Shown: positions 9,746 through 20,476, counted from the stretch's first letter. The stretch: DNA of 64,000 nucleotides from Nitrososphaeria archaeon (GCA_963752255.1 CAVVXT010000019.1:128001-192000), one strand, 5' to 3'. Program-made: numbers and translations. The notes: generated by a model not told the origin, from the sequence alone.

Positions 9746-10303
9746 CTATCCGACGATATGTAGGTCCGTATAAATCGGACCCTTAGGTGTGAGGACGCTT
9801 TTCTTAATCTTAAGCCTAGATACGGAATCTTCACCAAAGTTGGTGTCTTGAGATTTTCTGATGTATTCACCGAGTTCTAGCCTGTGAAGTCCACTTTTCA
9901 TCCTAAGTATTGTAAGATGTGGATCGAACCTGTTGTCGGCTGGAAATCCGGCATCGCTCAGTGCGGACTCTGTTTTTTTCCATAGGGAAACCATCGACTT
10001 CGACGACTCATCATCGACGCCTATCCATACAACGTTTATGTGGGAAAGTGAAGGGAAAGCGCCCATACCCCTGTAGGTTACTTTGAATGGATCAAACTTG
10101 ATGTGTGATAAAGCATCAACCATCCTATTAACCTTTGATTCTTCAATTTCTCCAAGAAACTTTATCGTAAAGTGCAGGTTCTCCGCTTCTACGGGCTTTG
10201 CATCTATTCCCAATGACAAAATCTGTCTCTGAGCTTCCATAATGTTTGCCTTGACCTGCTCATCTTCAAGATCTAATGCGATAAAGGTGCGTACTAAACT
10301 CAT
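9746..10303 (-). CDS. thpR: RNA 2',3'-cyclic phosphodiesterase (2H phosphoesterase)
   Basis: RTFIAL, HFTIKFLG and PHLTI (two HxT motifs), LTPKGPIY. Confidence 0.93.
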   Translation of the reverse strand: MSLVRTFIALDLEDEQVKANIMEAQRQILSLGIDAKPVEAENLHFTIKFLGEIEESKVNRMVDALSHIKFDPFKVTYRGMGAFPSLSHINVVWIGVDDESSKSMVSLWKKTESALSDAGFPADNRFDPHLTILRMKSGLHRLELGEYIRKSQDTNFGEDSVSRLKIKKSVLTPKGPIYTDLHIVG

Positions 10304-10374
10304 TCTACAAAGCAATATTATGCCACGTTGATAAATATTATCAAAATATATAATTTGGCTATGTAGAAAGGTGG

Positions 10375-10941
10375 ATGTGTGGTGAATTGAAGTTCATAAT
10401 CTGCTTAACCGGCCTGCCTGGCTCAGGCAAAACAACTGTCGCCCAGAAAATTGCTCAAATGGGCTTCTATTACATAAGTCTGGGCGACGTTGTTAGAGAG
10501 CTGACCAAGATAAGAGGGTTAGCGATTAACAGTGTAAACCTTGGTTCTGTTATGGTTGCCTTAAGGAAAGAAAACGGTCCGCAGGCAGTAGCCGAACTTT
10601 CTCTGAAGGTCTTTCCAAAGGATGGAGAATTGGTCGTAGTTGACGGAATAAGGAGCAATTATGAAGTAGATGCTTACAGGTCCATCTGTAAAGTTAGACT
10701 GTTAGCGATACATGCGTCTCCGCAAAGAAGATTTGAGTTCCTTGAGTTTAGGGATAGGAGTGATGCTCCGACATCACGAACAGACTTCGATCTACGGGAT
10801 AAGAGAGAGCTCGAGATAGGTGTAGGAAACGCCATCGCTCTAGCTGATGAGATAATATCAAACAATTCTTCTATGCGTGACTTGATTCAAAAAGCGAAGA
10901 GAATTGTTAAATTTTGGCTTGAAGAAGATGACTCTCGATGA
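10375..10941 (+). CDS. Archaeal dephospho-CoA kinase-like P-loop kinase (UPF0200)
   Basis: GLPGSGKT, LGDVVRE, VDGIRS, RDKREL. Confidence 0.85.
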   Translation: MCGELKFIICLTGLPGSGKTTVAQKIAQMGFYYISLGDVVRELTKIRGLAINSVNLGSVMVALRKENGPQAVAELSLKVFPKDGELVVVDGIRSNYEVDAYRSICKVRLLAIHASPQRRFEFLEFRDRSDAPTSRTDFDLRDKRELEIGVGNAIALADEIISNNSSMRDLIQKAKRIVKFWLEEDDSR

Positions 10942-11387
10942 TTCCGAAACTCGAAATAAAGATCAAAGTCCAGATTAGCGCGGTTTTGAACGCCTCAGAA
11001 GATGTGGGTAAGGTGAATGCTGCGATAAAGAATGTCGTCGGAAACGTTGAACCAAGCAACAGAGAGGAGACCGACAATCTCCTCGTATGGGAATTTGATA
11101 GCATAAACGCTCTCTACAACTTCTATAGCAAGATTAGGGAAAGAAAAATAACTGCAGCAGCAAGAAGATTAATAATCAAAAACAGTAGAAACGATTCCAC
11201 TTGGGTTTATTTGAATAGGCAGGCAGCGTCTGTGGGCAACATCGTTTTGTGCGATGATCCAGAAGAATCTCCGTTGGGTCCCTTAGTTTTAAGGTTCGAG
11301 AGCCCACTGTTGATGGAGGTAGTCGATTGGCTCACAGGGGAAAAGGAAATTAACGATGTGACAAAGGATTTGAGGAGACGTTTATGA
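10938..11387 (+). CDS. UPF0201/COG1931 RNA-binding domain protein
   Basis: SED..KV..AI.N, LNRQAA, ESPLGP; usual partner of the upstream kinase. Confidence 0.82.
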   Translation: MIPKLEIKIKVQISAVLNASEDVGKVNAAIKNVVGNVEPSNREETDNLLVWEFDSINALYNFYSKIRERKITAAARRLIIKNSRNDSTWVYLNRQAASVGNIVLCDDPEESPLGPLVLRFESPLLMEVVDWLTGEKEINDVTKDLRRRL

Positions 11388-12175
11388 ACATAATTTCCCT
11401 TTCAACTCTTTTTATGTGGCCTCAACCTCTAAAGTTTGTTCTCAGCGAACTTTCCAAGAAGATAGATGGGGATGAGAGGCCAGACGCATGGGACCTCGTA
11501 GATGACAGGGACTATCGTTTCACAAAATATAATTTATCGAGGTATAGACAATTATCGGAGTCGGGTCTGAAGTTCACAGTACACGGACCTCTTTTCATAA
11601 CAAAGTACATCGACCGCGATAAAAGGGTTAGAGCCAAGTCCTTAAACGCGTTAAAGGATTCTATGCTCAACTCAGTTGAGCTATCTCCCCTAGCATATGT
11701 TTTCCATCCGGCTGCAATACCTAAAGGATTCACAAAGGAAGAAGTTAAGGTTGAGCATTACGAATTTCTAGAGCAGGTTAACGACTATTCAAAATCCATA
11801 GGCTTAAAAATTTTCATAGAAAACCACATCACTAACCTAGGCCAAATGTTTACGACGCCGGAAGAATTCCTAGAATTCTACGATAGAACCGGAACCGATC
11901 TAATGATGACGTTTGACGCGGGGCACGCTAACATAGACGGGGCGGCAAAGGCATTTATAGACAAGCTCTGTGAGAAGATCGGTGTCGTACACGTTCACGA
12001 CAACAATGGTACTTCGGACCAACATCTAGGCATAGGCAGAGGAAACATAAACTGGAATTATATCATTGGGAAACTTAAGGACTGCCGTTTTACTGGACCA
12101 TATATCGTAGAAAGCGTGCATGAACCCTTTGAAACCGTTCGCAATCTGAGGCTTCTCATAAATGGTAGATCTTAA
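11384..12175 (+). CDS. Sugar phosphate isomerase/epimerase (AP-endonuclease-2 TIM barrel)
   Basis: VHGP, FIEN, FDAGHAN, HVHDNNGTSDQHLGIG. Confidence 0.85.
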   Translation: MNIISLSTLFMWPQPLKFVLSELSKKIDGDERPDAWDLVDDRDYRFTKYNLSRYRQLSESGLKFTVHGPLFITKYIDRDKRVRAKSLNALKDSMLNSVELSPLAYVFHPAAIPKGFTKEEVKVEHYEFLEQVNDYSKSIGLKIFIENHITNLGQMFTTPEEFLEFYDRTGTDLMMTFDAGHANIDGAAKAFIDKLCEKIGVVHVHDNNGTSDQHLGIGRGNINWNYIIGKLKDCRFTGPYIVESVHEPFETVRNLRLLINGRS

Positions 12176-13100
12176 GTGGTTCTTTCGAGTCCGGATAGGG
12201 TACTTCAATCACATCCAAATCCTCTGGTATGATGACGTTCTTGTAGTGTTTCAAAGCTTCACTTAGGAGAAATGAAGAGTCTTCATATCTGGCGCTCAAA
12301 TGTACGAGGGCAAGCATCTTAACGTTGGCTCCAAAAGCGATTTTAGCCGCGTCCGAGGAAGTTGAATGCATATTCTGTGCTGCTTTGTCAGCATCCTTAT
12401 CCGAGTATGTGGATTCAAAAACAAGCAAGTCGGCATTCTTAAAAAATTTGGACAATGATGAATGGGGACGCGTGTCTCCAGAGAACCCTAACATCCTTCC
12501 CGGTCTGGAAGGTCCAAGGATAGCCTCTGGTCTGATGATTTTCTTGTTTAGAGTGACCTTCTCACCAGATTGAATCCTATGCCACAGAGGCCCCTCCGGT
12601 ATCCCTAAGCTCTTGGCTTTTTGTACATTAAATCTCCCGGGTCTTGGCAACTCCTTGAAAAGGTAGCAGTATTCGTTAACGGGGTGCAATCCTTTTTTTG
12701 CGTAAACCTCGTATTCTTTTTCTTTGACGATCAACCCTTCTTTAACTTCCAAAATATTCACAGGATACTGAAGTTCAACTTTCAAATATTTTATCGTCGA
12801 GTTTATGAAGCCCTTAACCCCCTTAGGTCCATAAATATCCAAGGCCCTAGAGCGTTTCAGCATACTCATTGTCTGCATTAGACCGGTTAGCCCTCCTATG
12901 TGGTCTCCGTGAAGGTGAGTTATCAAAATCTTCATTCTTCTGCAGAATCCTATGCCCGCGATAACCATCTGTCTTTGTGCACCTTCACCGCAATCTACGA
13001 TTATGACCTCATCCTTTCTAAGAACCGCTATCGATGGAAAACTTCTGCTGGCTACAGGTACGGCCGACGACGTACCCAGAAAGACCACTTTAAGGCTCAA
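12156..13100 (-). CDS. rnz: Ribonuclease Z
   Basis: FLGTSSAVP, DCGEGAQ, THLHGDH, SGDTRP, HLSARY. Confidence 0.96.
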   Translation of the reverse strand: MSLKVVFLGTSSAVPVASRSFPSIAVLRKDEVIIVDCGEGAQRQMVIAGIGFCRRMKILITHLHGDHIGGLTGLMQTMSMLKRSRALDIYGPKGVKGFINSTIKYLKVELQYPVNILEVKEGLIVKEKEYEVYAKKGLHPVNEYCYLFKELPRPGRFNVQKAKSLGIPEGPLWHRIQSGEKVTLNKKIIRPEAILGPSRPGRMLGFSGDTRPHSSLSKFFKNADLLVFESTYSDKDADKAAQNMHSTSSDAAKIAFGANVKMLALVHLSARYEDSSFLLSEALKHYKNVIIPEDLDVIEVPYPDSKEPLKIYHL

Positions 13101-13106
13101 AGTCTT

Positions 13107-14000
13107 TCATCCTAACATTTTTAGGTGGTCAACAATTGCCTTAGAAGCGTCAACCCTGCTATACTCTGTCTGGATGGTATTTGTGGCAATAAGTTTTGTA
13201 ACACCCGCCTGCGTCATCTTTTCCATAGCTCCAGCGACAAGAACCGGATGAACACACACTGCAGCGATATCTTTAACGCCAAAATCACTTAGGACGTTTG
13301 CAGCCTTGGCGATGGTGCCCCCTGAGGATATCATGTCGTCAACGATGTATGCGGTTTTCCCTTCAAGACGCACCGACGGTGACCTAACCTTGATTCCGCC
13401 GGTTACACGGTCCCGTTCCTTTTCTAAGACGCAATAGGGTCTGTTGATAAACTTAGCAAAAGTCTCAACCCTTACAGAGCTACCAAAATCTGGGGAAACT
13501 ATGAAGGCATCGGAAATTTTCTCATTCTTACTTACATATTCCGCTAACAGAGAAATTGCAGAAGAACTAAAGGCAGGGAATGGGAAAAGACCCAATCCTT
13601 CGACGTTGTGAATGTCGATCGTAAGCAGCCTTTTGATGTTTACGTTTGACATCAGATGACCTACAACCCTCAAGCTCATGATTTCTCCTGAAATAAATTC
13701 TCGGTGCTGTCTGGAGTAACCTAAATATGGGGAAACGGCGTAGACGATTGCACCTGACTCTGATAGCTTTTTTGCAAGAAAAAGCATTTGCATAAGATGG
13801 TGGTCTACCGGGGGACTAAGAGACTGTACGAGGATTACTCTAAGGTCTTTCACCTCTGATATAAGCCTAAAATAGTTCTCACCATCAGCGAACTCCTTAA
13901 ACTCTACGTCGATGACATCGCAGTTCATTTGCTTGGCCATAGATCTCGCAAACTGTATCGACGCCGGACCAGGCAATATTGCGAAATTTCCTAGGCTCAT
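13107..14000 (-). CDS. prs: Ribose-phosphate pyrophosphokinase
   Basis: FADGE, PYLGYSRQ, SPDFG, VDDMISSGGT. Confidence 0.94.
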   Translation of the reverse strand: MSLGNFAILPGPASIQFARSMAKQMNCDVIDVEFKEFADGENYFRLISEVKDLRVILVQSLSPPVDHHLMQMLFLAKKLSESGAIVYAVSPYLGYSRQHREFISGEIMSLRVVGHLMSNVNIKRLLTIDIHNVEGLGLFPFPAFSSSAISLLAEYVSKNEKISDAFIVSPDFGSSVRVETFAKFINRPYCVLEKERDRVTGGIKVRSPSVRLEGKTAYIVDDMISSGGTIAKAANVLSDFGVKDIAAVCVHPVLVAGAMEKMTQAGVTKLIATNTIQTEYSRVDASKAIVDHLKMLG

Positions 14001-14044
14001 AGATAGCCCTATAAGCAACTTTTGAACTAATTAAGTATTAGGGT

Positions 14045-15086
14045 ATGATAAGGGAAGCCGAGTGTTTCGAAAGAATAGAAGAAGATAAAGTAAAATGTTT
14101 TCTTTGCCCTCGAAAATGCACGATAAAACCTGAAAATACAGGCTTCTGCAGGGCGAGAGAGAACAGGAATGGAAAACTTTACACCCTAACATACGGTGAG
14201 ACATCCTCTCAAAATATGGAACCTGTTGAGAAGGGCCTGTTTCACTTTTATCCAGGAACTCAAACCCTATCCCTATCGACCTTTGGATGCAACTTTACGT
14301 GTCCATGGTGCCAGAACTATAAAATCTCACAGACTGCAGCCAAAAATCTTGTCACCTTCAAAACTAAACCTGAAGAAGTTGTTGGCATGGCAAAGGAGTA
14401 CGGAGCACAATCGGTAACGTACACATATAATGAACCGGTAATCTGGTACGAATTCATAAAAGATACCTCTAAGTTGAGTAAAAGCGAGAACGTAAAGAAC
14501 ATCCTAGGTAACAAACGGATATATAACAACAGACGCGCTTAAAGACTTCGTAGACTACATAGACGCAGTGAATGTGGATGTAAAGAGTTTCTCTGAAGAG
14601 TTCTATAGAAATTACTGTAGTAGTGAACTTGCTCCAGTTCTTGAGGCGGCAGAATATCTGGTTCAAAAGAATGTACACGTAGAATTAACCTATCTAATAA
14701 TTCCATTACTTAACGACTCACAGAAAGAGATAGGTAAATTCACGGATTGGGTGTTGAACCAACTTAAACCCAGCGTTCCGGTTCACTTTGCTAGATTCTT
14801 TCCCATCTACAAAATGATTGATAAGCCTCCAACACCTGCTGACACACTTATGGCAGCCGCAAACCTCGCCTACGGAAAGGGTCTTGAATACGTATACGTC
14901 AAAAACGTTTTCTTTGAGGGATTAGAAGACACCCATTGTCCAAGATGTCATACCGTCTTAATCACTAGATACGGATCAAATGTTATGGAAGTAAATCTAA
15001 CCGAGAAAAACGAGTGCCCAAGTTGCGGCCTAAAAATACCAATTGTAGGTAAACCGAGGATCCCCCTGTTTAAGGCTACTGATTAA
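14045..15086 (+). pseudogene. amrS: AmmeMemoRadiSam radical SAM enzyme, split by a +1 insertion near 14507 (possible sequencing error)
   Basis: CFLCPRKC, CNFTCPWCQN, YTYNEP; removing one G from ctaGgta restores ILVTNGYI and joins the two ORFs. Confidence 0.88.
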
Positions 15087-15098
15087 GGAAATTGTTAC

Positions 15099-16247
15099 CT
15101 AAATTGGAATAACAGGTTCACCTTTGTCCATCACAAGCCTGCCATCGACGTAGAGACTTCCCTCGTCCATGAACTTTATCATATCAAGATGAGAAGACGC
15201 CCTATTTTTTCCATGATACGCTCCGATGTTGTTTCCAACTGCAATATGTACCGTACGGTAAATTTTTTCATCCACAATTATACTGCCGTTGGTGTATTTC
15301 GCCCCAGGATTGCAGCCGATTCCCAACTCTGCTATCCGATCCTTTTCACCGGAATTTGCGTCAAGGAATTTTACGAAATTTTCTAACCCTCGTTTTGCAG
15401 TGAAATCCACGATCTTACCCCTATCAAAAGTAAGCCAGAGACCCTTTACCCCTCCAAACTCTGTTACAGCAACGTCTTCGAAGTAGATCTTCCCGTTTGC
15501 AGAGTCTTCTATCGGGGCGACAAAAACCTCACCCGATGGTATGTTCAGTCCGACATCACCGTTTAGCCTGTCTTCGTCAGATATTATTCCATCGTCCACA
15601 AGAATCCTCCTACCCTTTATCCGGAAAGATAGATCCGTCCCATCGCCGGCTTTGATTTCTACGATATCATGTCCTAAAAGGGAGTCTTGATAATAGGTGC
15701 AGAGTCTCAACATCTTATTAGAAAAAGATTCCTTAAAGCTGTCAAAGAATATCTTCCTAAAACGCCTAACAGAAACCCCATAGCCTCTTGCTGCCCTCGG
15801 CAAGGGCCAACCAAAGTAGAGCCATCGAATCTTTCTATTGTCTATTGTCTCCCTGATCTGCTGCCTGACAGGTGCGTCAACTTTAAGTTTGTCAACAACA
15901 TCTTTTGACCAGTTTGGATCATCGCTTTCTCCTATGAATATGTTAACATCGATAGTCTCAACTAAAGCTTTGTTGAGAGGATTCATTTTCTTAAGCGAAT
16001 CCTCGGGTGCAGTCTGATAGTACAGTTTGCTCCTGCTGTTAGCCTGCTGTATAAGAACGGTGTAGGCGCCTATTCTCCAACACTCTTCTTCCACCAGCGT
16101 CGCCATCTTAAAACAGGTAGGATCGATAGGATTATAGATGATCCTTACCGACTCAAATGTGCCATCTAGCCTTTTGCCGACTTTAAGGCTTTTGTTAACT
16201 ATTTTTTCGGCTAAGGTCCTCAGTTCGGAATTTGAGATAGCACTCAT
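15099..16247 (-). CDS. Aminopeptidase, M29 (AmpS/T) family
   Basis: NIPSGEVFVAP, IAELGIGCN, DEKI..TVHIAVG, SHLDM. Confidence 0.9.
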   Translation of the reverse strand: MSAISNSELRTLAEKIVNKSLKVGKRLDGTFESVRIIYNPIDPTCFKMATLVEEECWRIGAYTVLIQQANSRSKLYYQTAPEDSLKKMNPLNKALVETIDVNIFIGESDDPNWSKDVVDKLKVDAPVRQQIRETIDNRKIRWLYFGWPLPRAARGYGVSVRRFRKIFFDSFKESFSNKMLRLCTYYQDSLLGHDIVEIKAGDGTDLSFRIKGRRILVDDGIISDEDRLNGDVGLNIPSGEVFVAPIEDSANGKIYFEDVAVTEFGGVKGLWLTFDRGKIVDFTAKRGLENFVKFLDANSGEKDRIAELGIGCNPGAKYTNGSIIVDEKIYRTVHIAVGNNIGAYHGKNRASSHLDMIKFMDEGSLYVDGRLVMDKGEPVIPI

Positions 16248-16360
16248 AATCGGTTTTCAAAGCCGACTTGTTTAAAAGTATTTTCGAAAAAGTGCTTTCA
16301 CATTATATTAGGATAAACGTTATATAACTTCACATCACATGTGTTCTGGACAAGATTATA

Positions 16361-16696
16361 ATGGCCGAAGAAATCGTTAACTTTGACCCTTCAAACTTCA
16401 AGGAAGGGGTAAACGGTAAAGGCCATGTTTTAGTATATTTTTGGGCTCAGTGGTGCAACCCTTGCAAGCAAATGGCCCCAATTGTAGAGAAGCTAGCCCA
16501 GAAGTACAATGGCAAACTTACTGTGGGAAAAATGGATGCCGGAAAGTATTCAGAAATATTATCTAAATATTCGATATCGACGGTCCCAACTTTTATGCTC
16601 TTCGAAAACGGTATAATAATCGACTGCCTGATCGGAGCTGTCGGAGAAAGAGGGTTAGAAAATATGCTTAAAGATCATTCCATTAAAGCCGTTTAA
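16361..16696 (+). CDS. Thioredoxin
   Basis: FWAQWCNPCK and cis-Pro VPTF. Confidence 0.93.
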   Translation: MAEEIVNFDPSNFKEGVNGKGHVLVYFWAQWCNPCKQMAPIVEKLAQKYNGKLTVGKMDAGKYSEILSKYSISTVPTFMLFENGIIIDCLIGAVGERGLENMLKDHSIKAV

Positions 16697-16703
16697 ACCC
16701 GAC

Positions 16704-17132
16704 TCAAAGATCCAAAAGAAACCTAATAACGAACTTCCCTTTAGCATCGTATATCTCCATTAAATGGTATGTCACCGCCTTGACTTCGAGTTTGGCCTTG
16801 TGCTTGCCTTCCAAGAACTTCTCACCCACACCTTTTGCGGTAAGAACGTACCCACTGTTAACCTTCACAATCTTTACCTCCAAAGAGTTAGGTAGGAATT
16901 CCTTTGTGGTAACTTTGACGAGAACCTGCTCCAAGAAGTTGTACAAAAGTGACTTTAAATCGAATCCTTCGACATCGAAGGTCTGCTCTGACACCCCACT
17001 TATCGAACTTAAGTCCACCATCAAGTCGACAACCGCCAGCCCAGCTCTGCTAAAGCACTCCTCCAAGCTTGCCCCAGTAACCTCAACAAGTGCGTCTGAG
17101 ACATGGTCAAGCATTTTATAGAATCGGGGCAT
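16704..17132 (-). CDS. Archease
   Basis: LDHVSD, EVKAVTYHLM, C-terminal LLDL. Confidence 0.92.
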   Translation of the reverse strand: MPRFYKMLDHVSDALVEVTGASLEECFSRAGLAVVDLMVDLSSISGVSEQTFDVEGFDLKSLLYNFLEQVLVKVTTKEFLPNSLEVKIVKVNSGYVLTAKGVGEKFLEGKHKAKLEVKAVTYHLMEIYDAKGKFVIRFLLDL

Positions 17133-17203
17133 CGGATACCAAGATGGTGGAGACAATATTTATACTTAAATACTAAAGTGATGGAGACAGAAAAAGGCAT
17201 GAA

Positions 17204-17293
17204 GCCGGGATAGCAGAGTGGACCAATGCGCAGGCCTTGAGAGCCTGTCACTCCTTGTGGGTGGCGTGGGTTCAAATCCCACTCCCGGCGCCA
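17204..17293 (+). tRNA. tRNA-Ser(UGA), long variable arm, encoded CCA
   Basis: GCCGGGA/TCCCGGC acceptor stem, CAGGC-CTTGAGA-GCCTG anticodon arm, G73. Confidence 0.95.
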
Positions 17294-17406
17294 TTTTACT
17301 AGTAAAACTTTTTACTAGTAACACTTAATAATGATATTTGAATGATACCTATAGTTTCCTAATCCTGGGGAGTGGCCATAGAGGACAATAAAAAAATCGT
17401 TTCATT

Positions 17407-18585
17407 TCATTGAAGCGGTTTGCCACACTCTGGACAGAACTTCGATGGGGAAGTAATCGCTGCGCCACAGTTCGGGCATGTCTTTCCCTGGCTCTGTTGA
17501 CCCACCTGAGCGCCGCAGTTTGGACAGAACTTTGCGCCAGCTTGAAGAGTAGAGCCGCATTGGGAGCAGAACAGACCTTTCTTTGTCTGGCTTGCTGGTT
17601 GTGCTTGGCTGGCCCCGCAGTTGGGACAGAAAGAGCTGGTTACTGGAATTAGTGTTCCACAGTTTGAGCAGGACTTTGTGAGAGGTTGCGCCATCCCGGC
17701 CGCCATTTGGCCGCCGACCGCATATCCCATGCCAGCACCTGCACCCAGTCCCACACCTATCCCTGCTCCCGCGCCAGCTGCTCCTGAGGGGTTCTTGGCT
17801 GCTTCGACCATTGCCTGTCCAGCTTGATATTGCATATAGTTCACACCCAGAACCTGTATCTGGGAGCGGGTGTCGATCGCATTCTGAACTTCGTCCGGAA
17901 GGCTAATTGTCAAGCCCGAAATCTTGTTTATCTCTACGCCATATTGCGCGAAGTTGTCGGGAGAAGTCGCGAGCACAACCTGTTCTATATTCGTGAGGTT
18001 TGCAGCTAGGTCGGTGACCTTTAGTCCCTGTGATTTCATCTTGCCAATCCCGTTGTATACAAGGATAACCATCTGCTCCTTCAGTCGTGATTCTACGTCA
18101 TCAGAGGTCTCGGCGTTGAAAGTGCCGACAAACTGGTTGATGAAGTTCTCAGGAGAGGAGACCCTCCATCTATATTCTCCAAAGACGCGGAGGTTGACGA
18201 TCCCGAAAGTCGGGTCCGTGAACTGGTACGGCTGTGTGCTGCCAAACTTGCCATCCATGTACCTCTTCTGTAGGTAGTAGACCTCGGCCTGCTGTACAAC
18301 GCCGGTGAAGAATTTAAGTAGATTCCCAACTATGGGCGCGTTGAAGTCAGTAAGCGCATATCTGTTTGGCTGATCGAAGTATGTCAGCACCTTACCGTCC
18401 CTGTAAAAGACCGCAATCTCATCCTCCCTTACGACTATGTTATCGTTCAACCTGATGTTCCTCGGAACCTTCCACATCACGTTATTCTGCTTGTACTGGT
18501 CCTCCCAGTTGACTGTTATTGAACCCACAACGCTGCCACCAGTTGGAGGTATATCGTTCGATTTCTTCCTGAATAAGCTACTCAC
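17407..18585 (-). CDS. SPFH/band-7 domain protein with C-terminal zinc ribbons
   Basis: IVVREDEIAVFYRDGK, Gly/Ala-rich linker, three double-CxxC ribbons. Confidence 0.88.
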   Translation of the reverse strand: MSSLFRKKSNDIPPTGGSVVGSITVNWEDQYKQNNVMWKVPRNIRLNDNIVVREDEIAVFYRDGKVLTYFDQPNRYALTDFNAPIVGNLLKFFTGVVQQAEVYYLQKRYMDGKFGSTQPYQFTDPTFGIVNLRVFGEYRWRVSSPENFINQFVGTFNAETSDDVESRLKEQMVILVYNGIGKMKSQGLKVTDLAANLTNIEQVVLATSPDNFAQYGVEINKISGLTISLPDEVQNAIDTRSQIQVLGVNYMQYQAGQAMVEAAKNPSGAAGAGAGIGVGLGAGAGMGYAVGGQMAAGMAQPLTKSCSNCGTLIPVTSSFCPNCGASQAQPASQTKKGLFCSQCGSTLQAGAKFCPNCGAQVGQQSQGKTCPNCGAAITSPSKFCPECGKPLQ

Positions 18586-18595
18586 TTCAATTCAC

Positions 18596-19150
18596 CTACG
18601 TCAGTAATATACCCTCTATCGCTTTCATCCTGGCCTCCCACTTTTGCTTGAAGTCCACAATGGCAGCGCTGACTTTCGATAGCCCGGTTTGGATCGAAGC
18701 AGGAGCTGAGATGTCGTAAACGAGACTGGATGGAGAGGTAATCGCTAGGAGCTGCACCGCTGAGCTTACAAAGTTGTAATCGCAATCATAAAGTTTGTTG
18801 AGCCGATCCTCGTTGATGCTTATCGTAGCAACAAAGCCGGAGTAGCCCTGCTGAGCGTGTCTCACCTCACCACTCAGTTGCTGAACCTGCAAGATCAACG
18901 AACCAACAGATGTCAGATTCGTATAATCACCAGCGGTAACCATTTGCTTCCTCACGCCCTCTAGGTTCCCCTTCGTTTGGTTTAGCTTGTCCGCTACCTG
19001 GTTGCGAAGGAGGTTGTCAGAGACGCGAAGATCCTCTAGCGTCCTGTAGCCTTTGAGCCCTGGAACCAGTAGTTCAAGCTTCTTCTGAGGACCCCTACTC
19101 TCCTCAACCTGTTCTCTTATGTCTGGATTATCTTGTGACAATTTGATCAT
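18596..19150 (-). CDS. Helical hypothetical protein, partner of the SPFH gene
   Basis: PGLKGYR..EDLR.SD.LLR and GYSGF motifs; co-oriented, about 10 nt from the SPFH gene. Confidence 0.7.
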   Translation of the reverse strand: MIKLSQDNPDIREQVEESRGPQKKLELLVPGLKGYRTLEDLRVSDNLLRNQVADKLNQTKGNLEGVRKQMVTAGDYTNLTSVGSLILQVQQLSGEVRHAQQGYSGFVATISINEDRLNKLYDCDYNFVSSAVQLLAITSPSSLVYDISAPASIQTGLSKVSAAIVDFKQKWEARMKAIEGILLT

Positions 19151-19414
19151 CTATAAACCTATTTCGAATTTTTCAAAAGCTACAGCCTAGTATAAATATC
19201 TTTTGCTCATTCCCCTATAGTTATGTATTTGCATAGAAAATCTACCGATCAGTCCGTCTCATGCCTTACCAACAGCTCTGCTCAGTATCATAATGGCTTG
19301 GAGAGGTGGGATGTCTTTGCTTGGCTCAGAGGATGCCAGAGAGCACTATTCTGATGCAAAGATCATCCTGTGGATGCTTAAACCGGACAGGCAGTAGGAA
19401 GGAGAGCGACCTCA

Positions 19415-20476
19415 ATGGAGCGAAAAGGAGTCAGCTACGACGTAGGACGCGTGATGGGGTTCAATTGGCGCCCCGTCTTTGATCCAAAGATCGTCCATCG
19501 CGAGCTTGAGATCATCAAGGACGACCTGCACTGCAACGCGGTGAGGATCTGCGGCCTCAGCATCGACCGGCTGATGGTGGCAGCGGAGGAGGCACTGAAA
19601 CAAGGGCTGGAGGTGTGGCTTTCGCCCGAAATGTGGGACAAGAGCCCGCAGGAGACACTTGCATACGTCGCCAAAGCCTCCGCGGCAGCCGAAGGGCTGC
19701 GTCAGCGATGGCCGGAAAAGCTGGTGTTCAGTGTTGGTTCGGAGTTGACTCTGCTCATGCGAGGAATCGTCGAAGGCAGAAACATCACGGCGCGCATGAC
19801 CAATCCCAACTTTATGTCCCGTGTAAAGGCCGGAGAGCACAACAAGCCGCTCAACGCGTTCTTGGCGAGGGCGAACGCGGCCGTGAGGGAAGTCTTCCAC
19901 GGCAAGGTGACATACGCCTCGCTCCTCTGGGAGGCGGTCGATTGGAACCTCTTCGACTTCGTGGGCGTTGACCACTACCGAATCACCCGTATGGAAGACA
20001 AATATGTTGAGATGCTCAAGCCCTCTTTTTCACACGGCAAGCCGGTCATCATAACCGAGTTCGGCTACGGCACCTGTCAAACAGGCTTAGGCTCAGAGGG
20101 CTTCCTGAGCTCGGCAGGCCTGAGCGGAGACATCGTCGACCACAGGTCGCAGTTCCTGCACCATGTGCCAATCTTCGGTCGGTTCGTACGGCCGCACCTC
20201 AAGGGCAATCATGTCCGGGACGAGGGATGGCAGGCGCGCAAGCTCGTCGACCAGCTCAACGTACTTGACAGCGCAGGAGTTGATGGCGCTTTCATATTCC
20301 AATTCATCTCTCAAATCAATCCATATAATGATAATCCGATAAACGACCTCGACATGGCGAGCTCCAGCCTGGTGAAATACTACGAGAACGGAAGACACGG
20401 AACAACCTATCCAGATATGACGTGGGAGCCGAAGGAGTCCTTCAGGGCCGTCGCCGACTATTACGCCAATCATTAG
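19415..20476 (+). CDS. TIM-barrel glycoside-hydrolase-like protein of the family often labelled 'abortive infection protein'
   Basis: GVSYDVG, DLHCNAVRI, SVGSE, ITEFG, WEPKESF; GC-rich codon usage. Confidence 0.65.
   Translation: MERKGVSYDVGRVMGFNWRPVFDPKIVHRELEIIKDDLHCNAVRICGLSIDRLMVAAEEALKQGLEVWLSPEMWDKSPQETLAYVAKASAAAEGLRQRWPEKLVFSVGSELTLLMRGIVEGRNITARMTNPNFMSRVKAGEHNKPLNAFLARANAAVREVFHGKVTYASLLWEAVDWNLFDFVGVDHYRITRMEDKYVEMLKPSFSHGKPVIITEFGYGTCQTGLGSEGFLSSAGLSGDIVDHRSQFLHHVPIFGRFVRPHLKGNHVRDEGWQARKLVDQLNVLDSAGVDGAFIFQFISQINPYNDNPINDLDMASSSLVKYYENGRHGTTYPDMTWEPKESFRAVADYYANH

Noticed and set aside
14500-14520. Programmed frameshifting in amrS (also pfkB and the ATPase)
   Set aside because: No slippery heptamer or stimulatory structure is evident; each case is fixed by deleting one duplicated base.
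7460-17293. tRNA-processing cluster (cca, thpR, rnz, archease) as a novel system
   Set aside because: These are well-known housekeeping genes, and cca-thpR-kinase linkage is a familiar archaeal arrangement.
19412-20473. Several long alternative-frame ORFs over the GC-rich islet gene
   Set aside because: Expected from stop-codon scarcity in GC-rich DNA.
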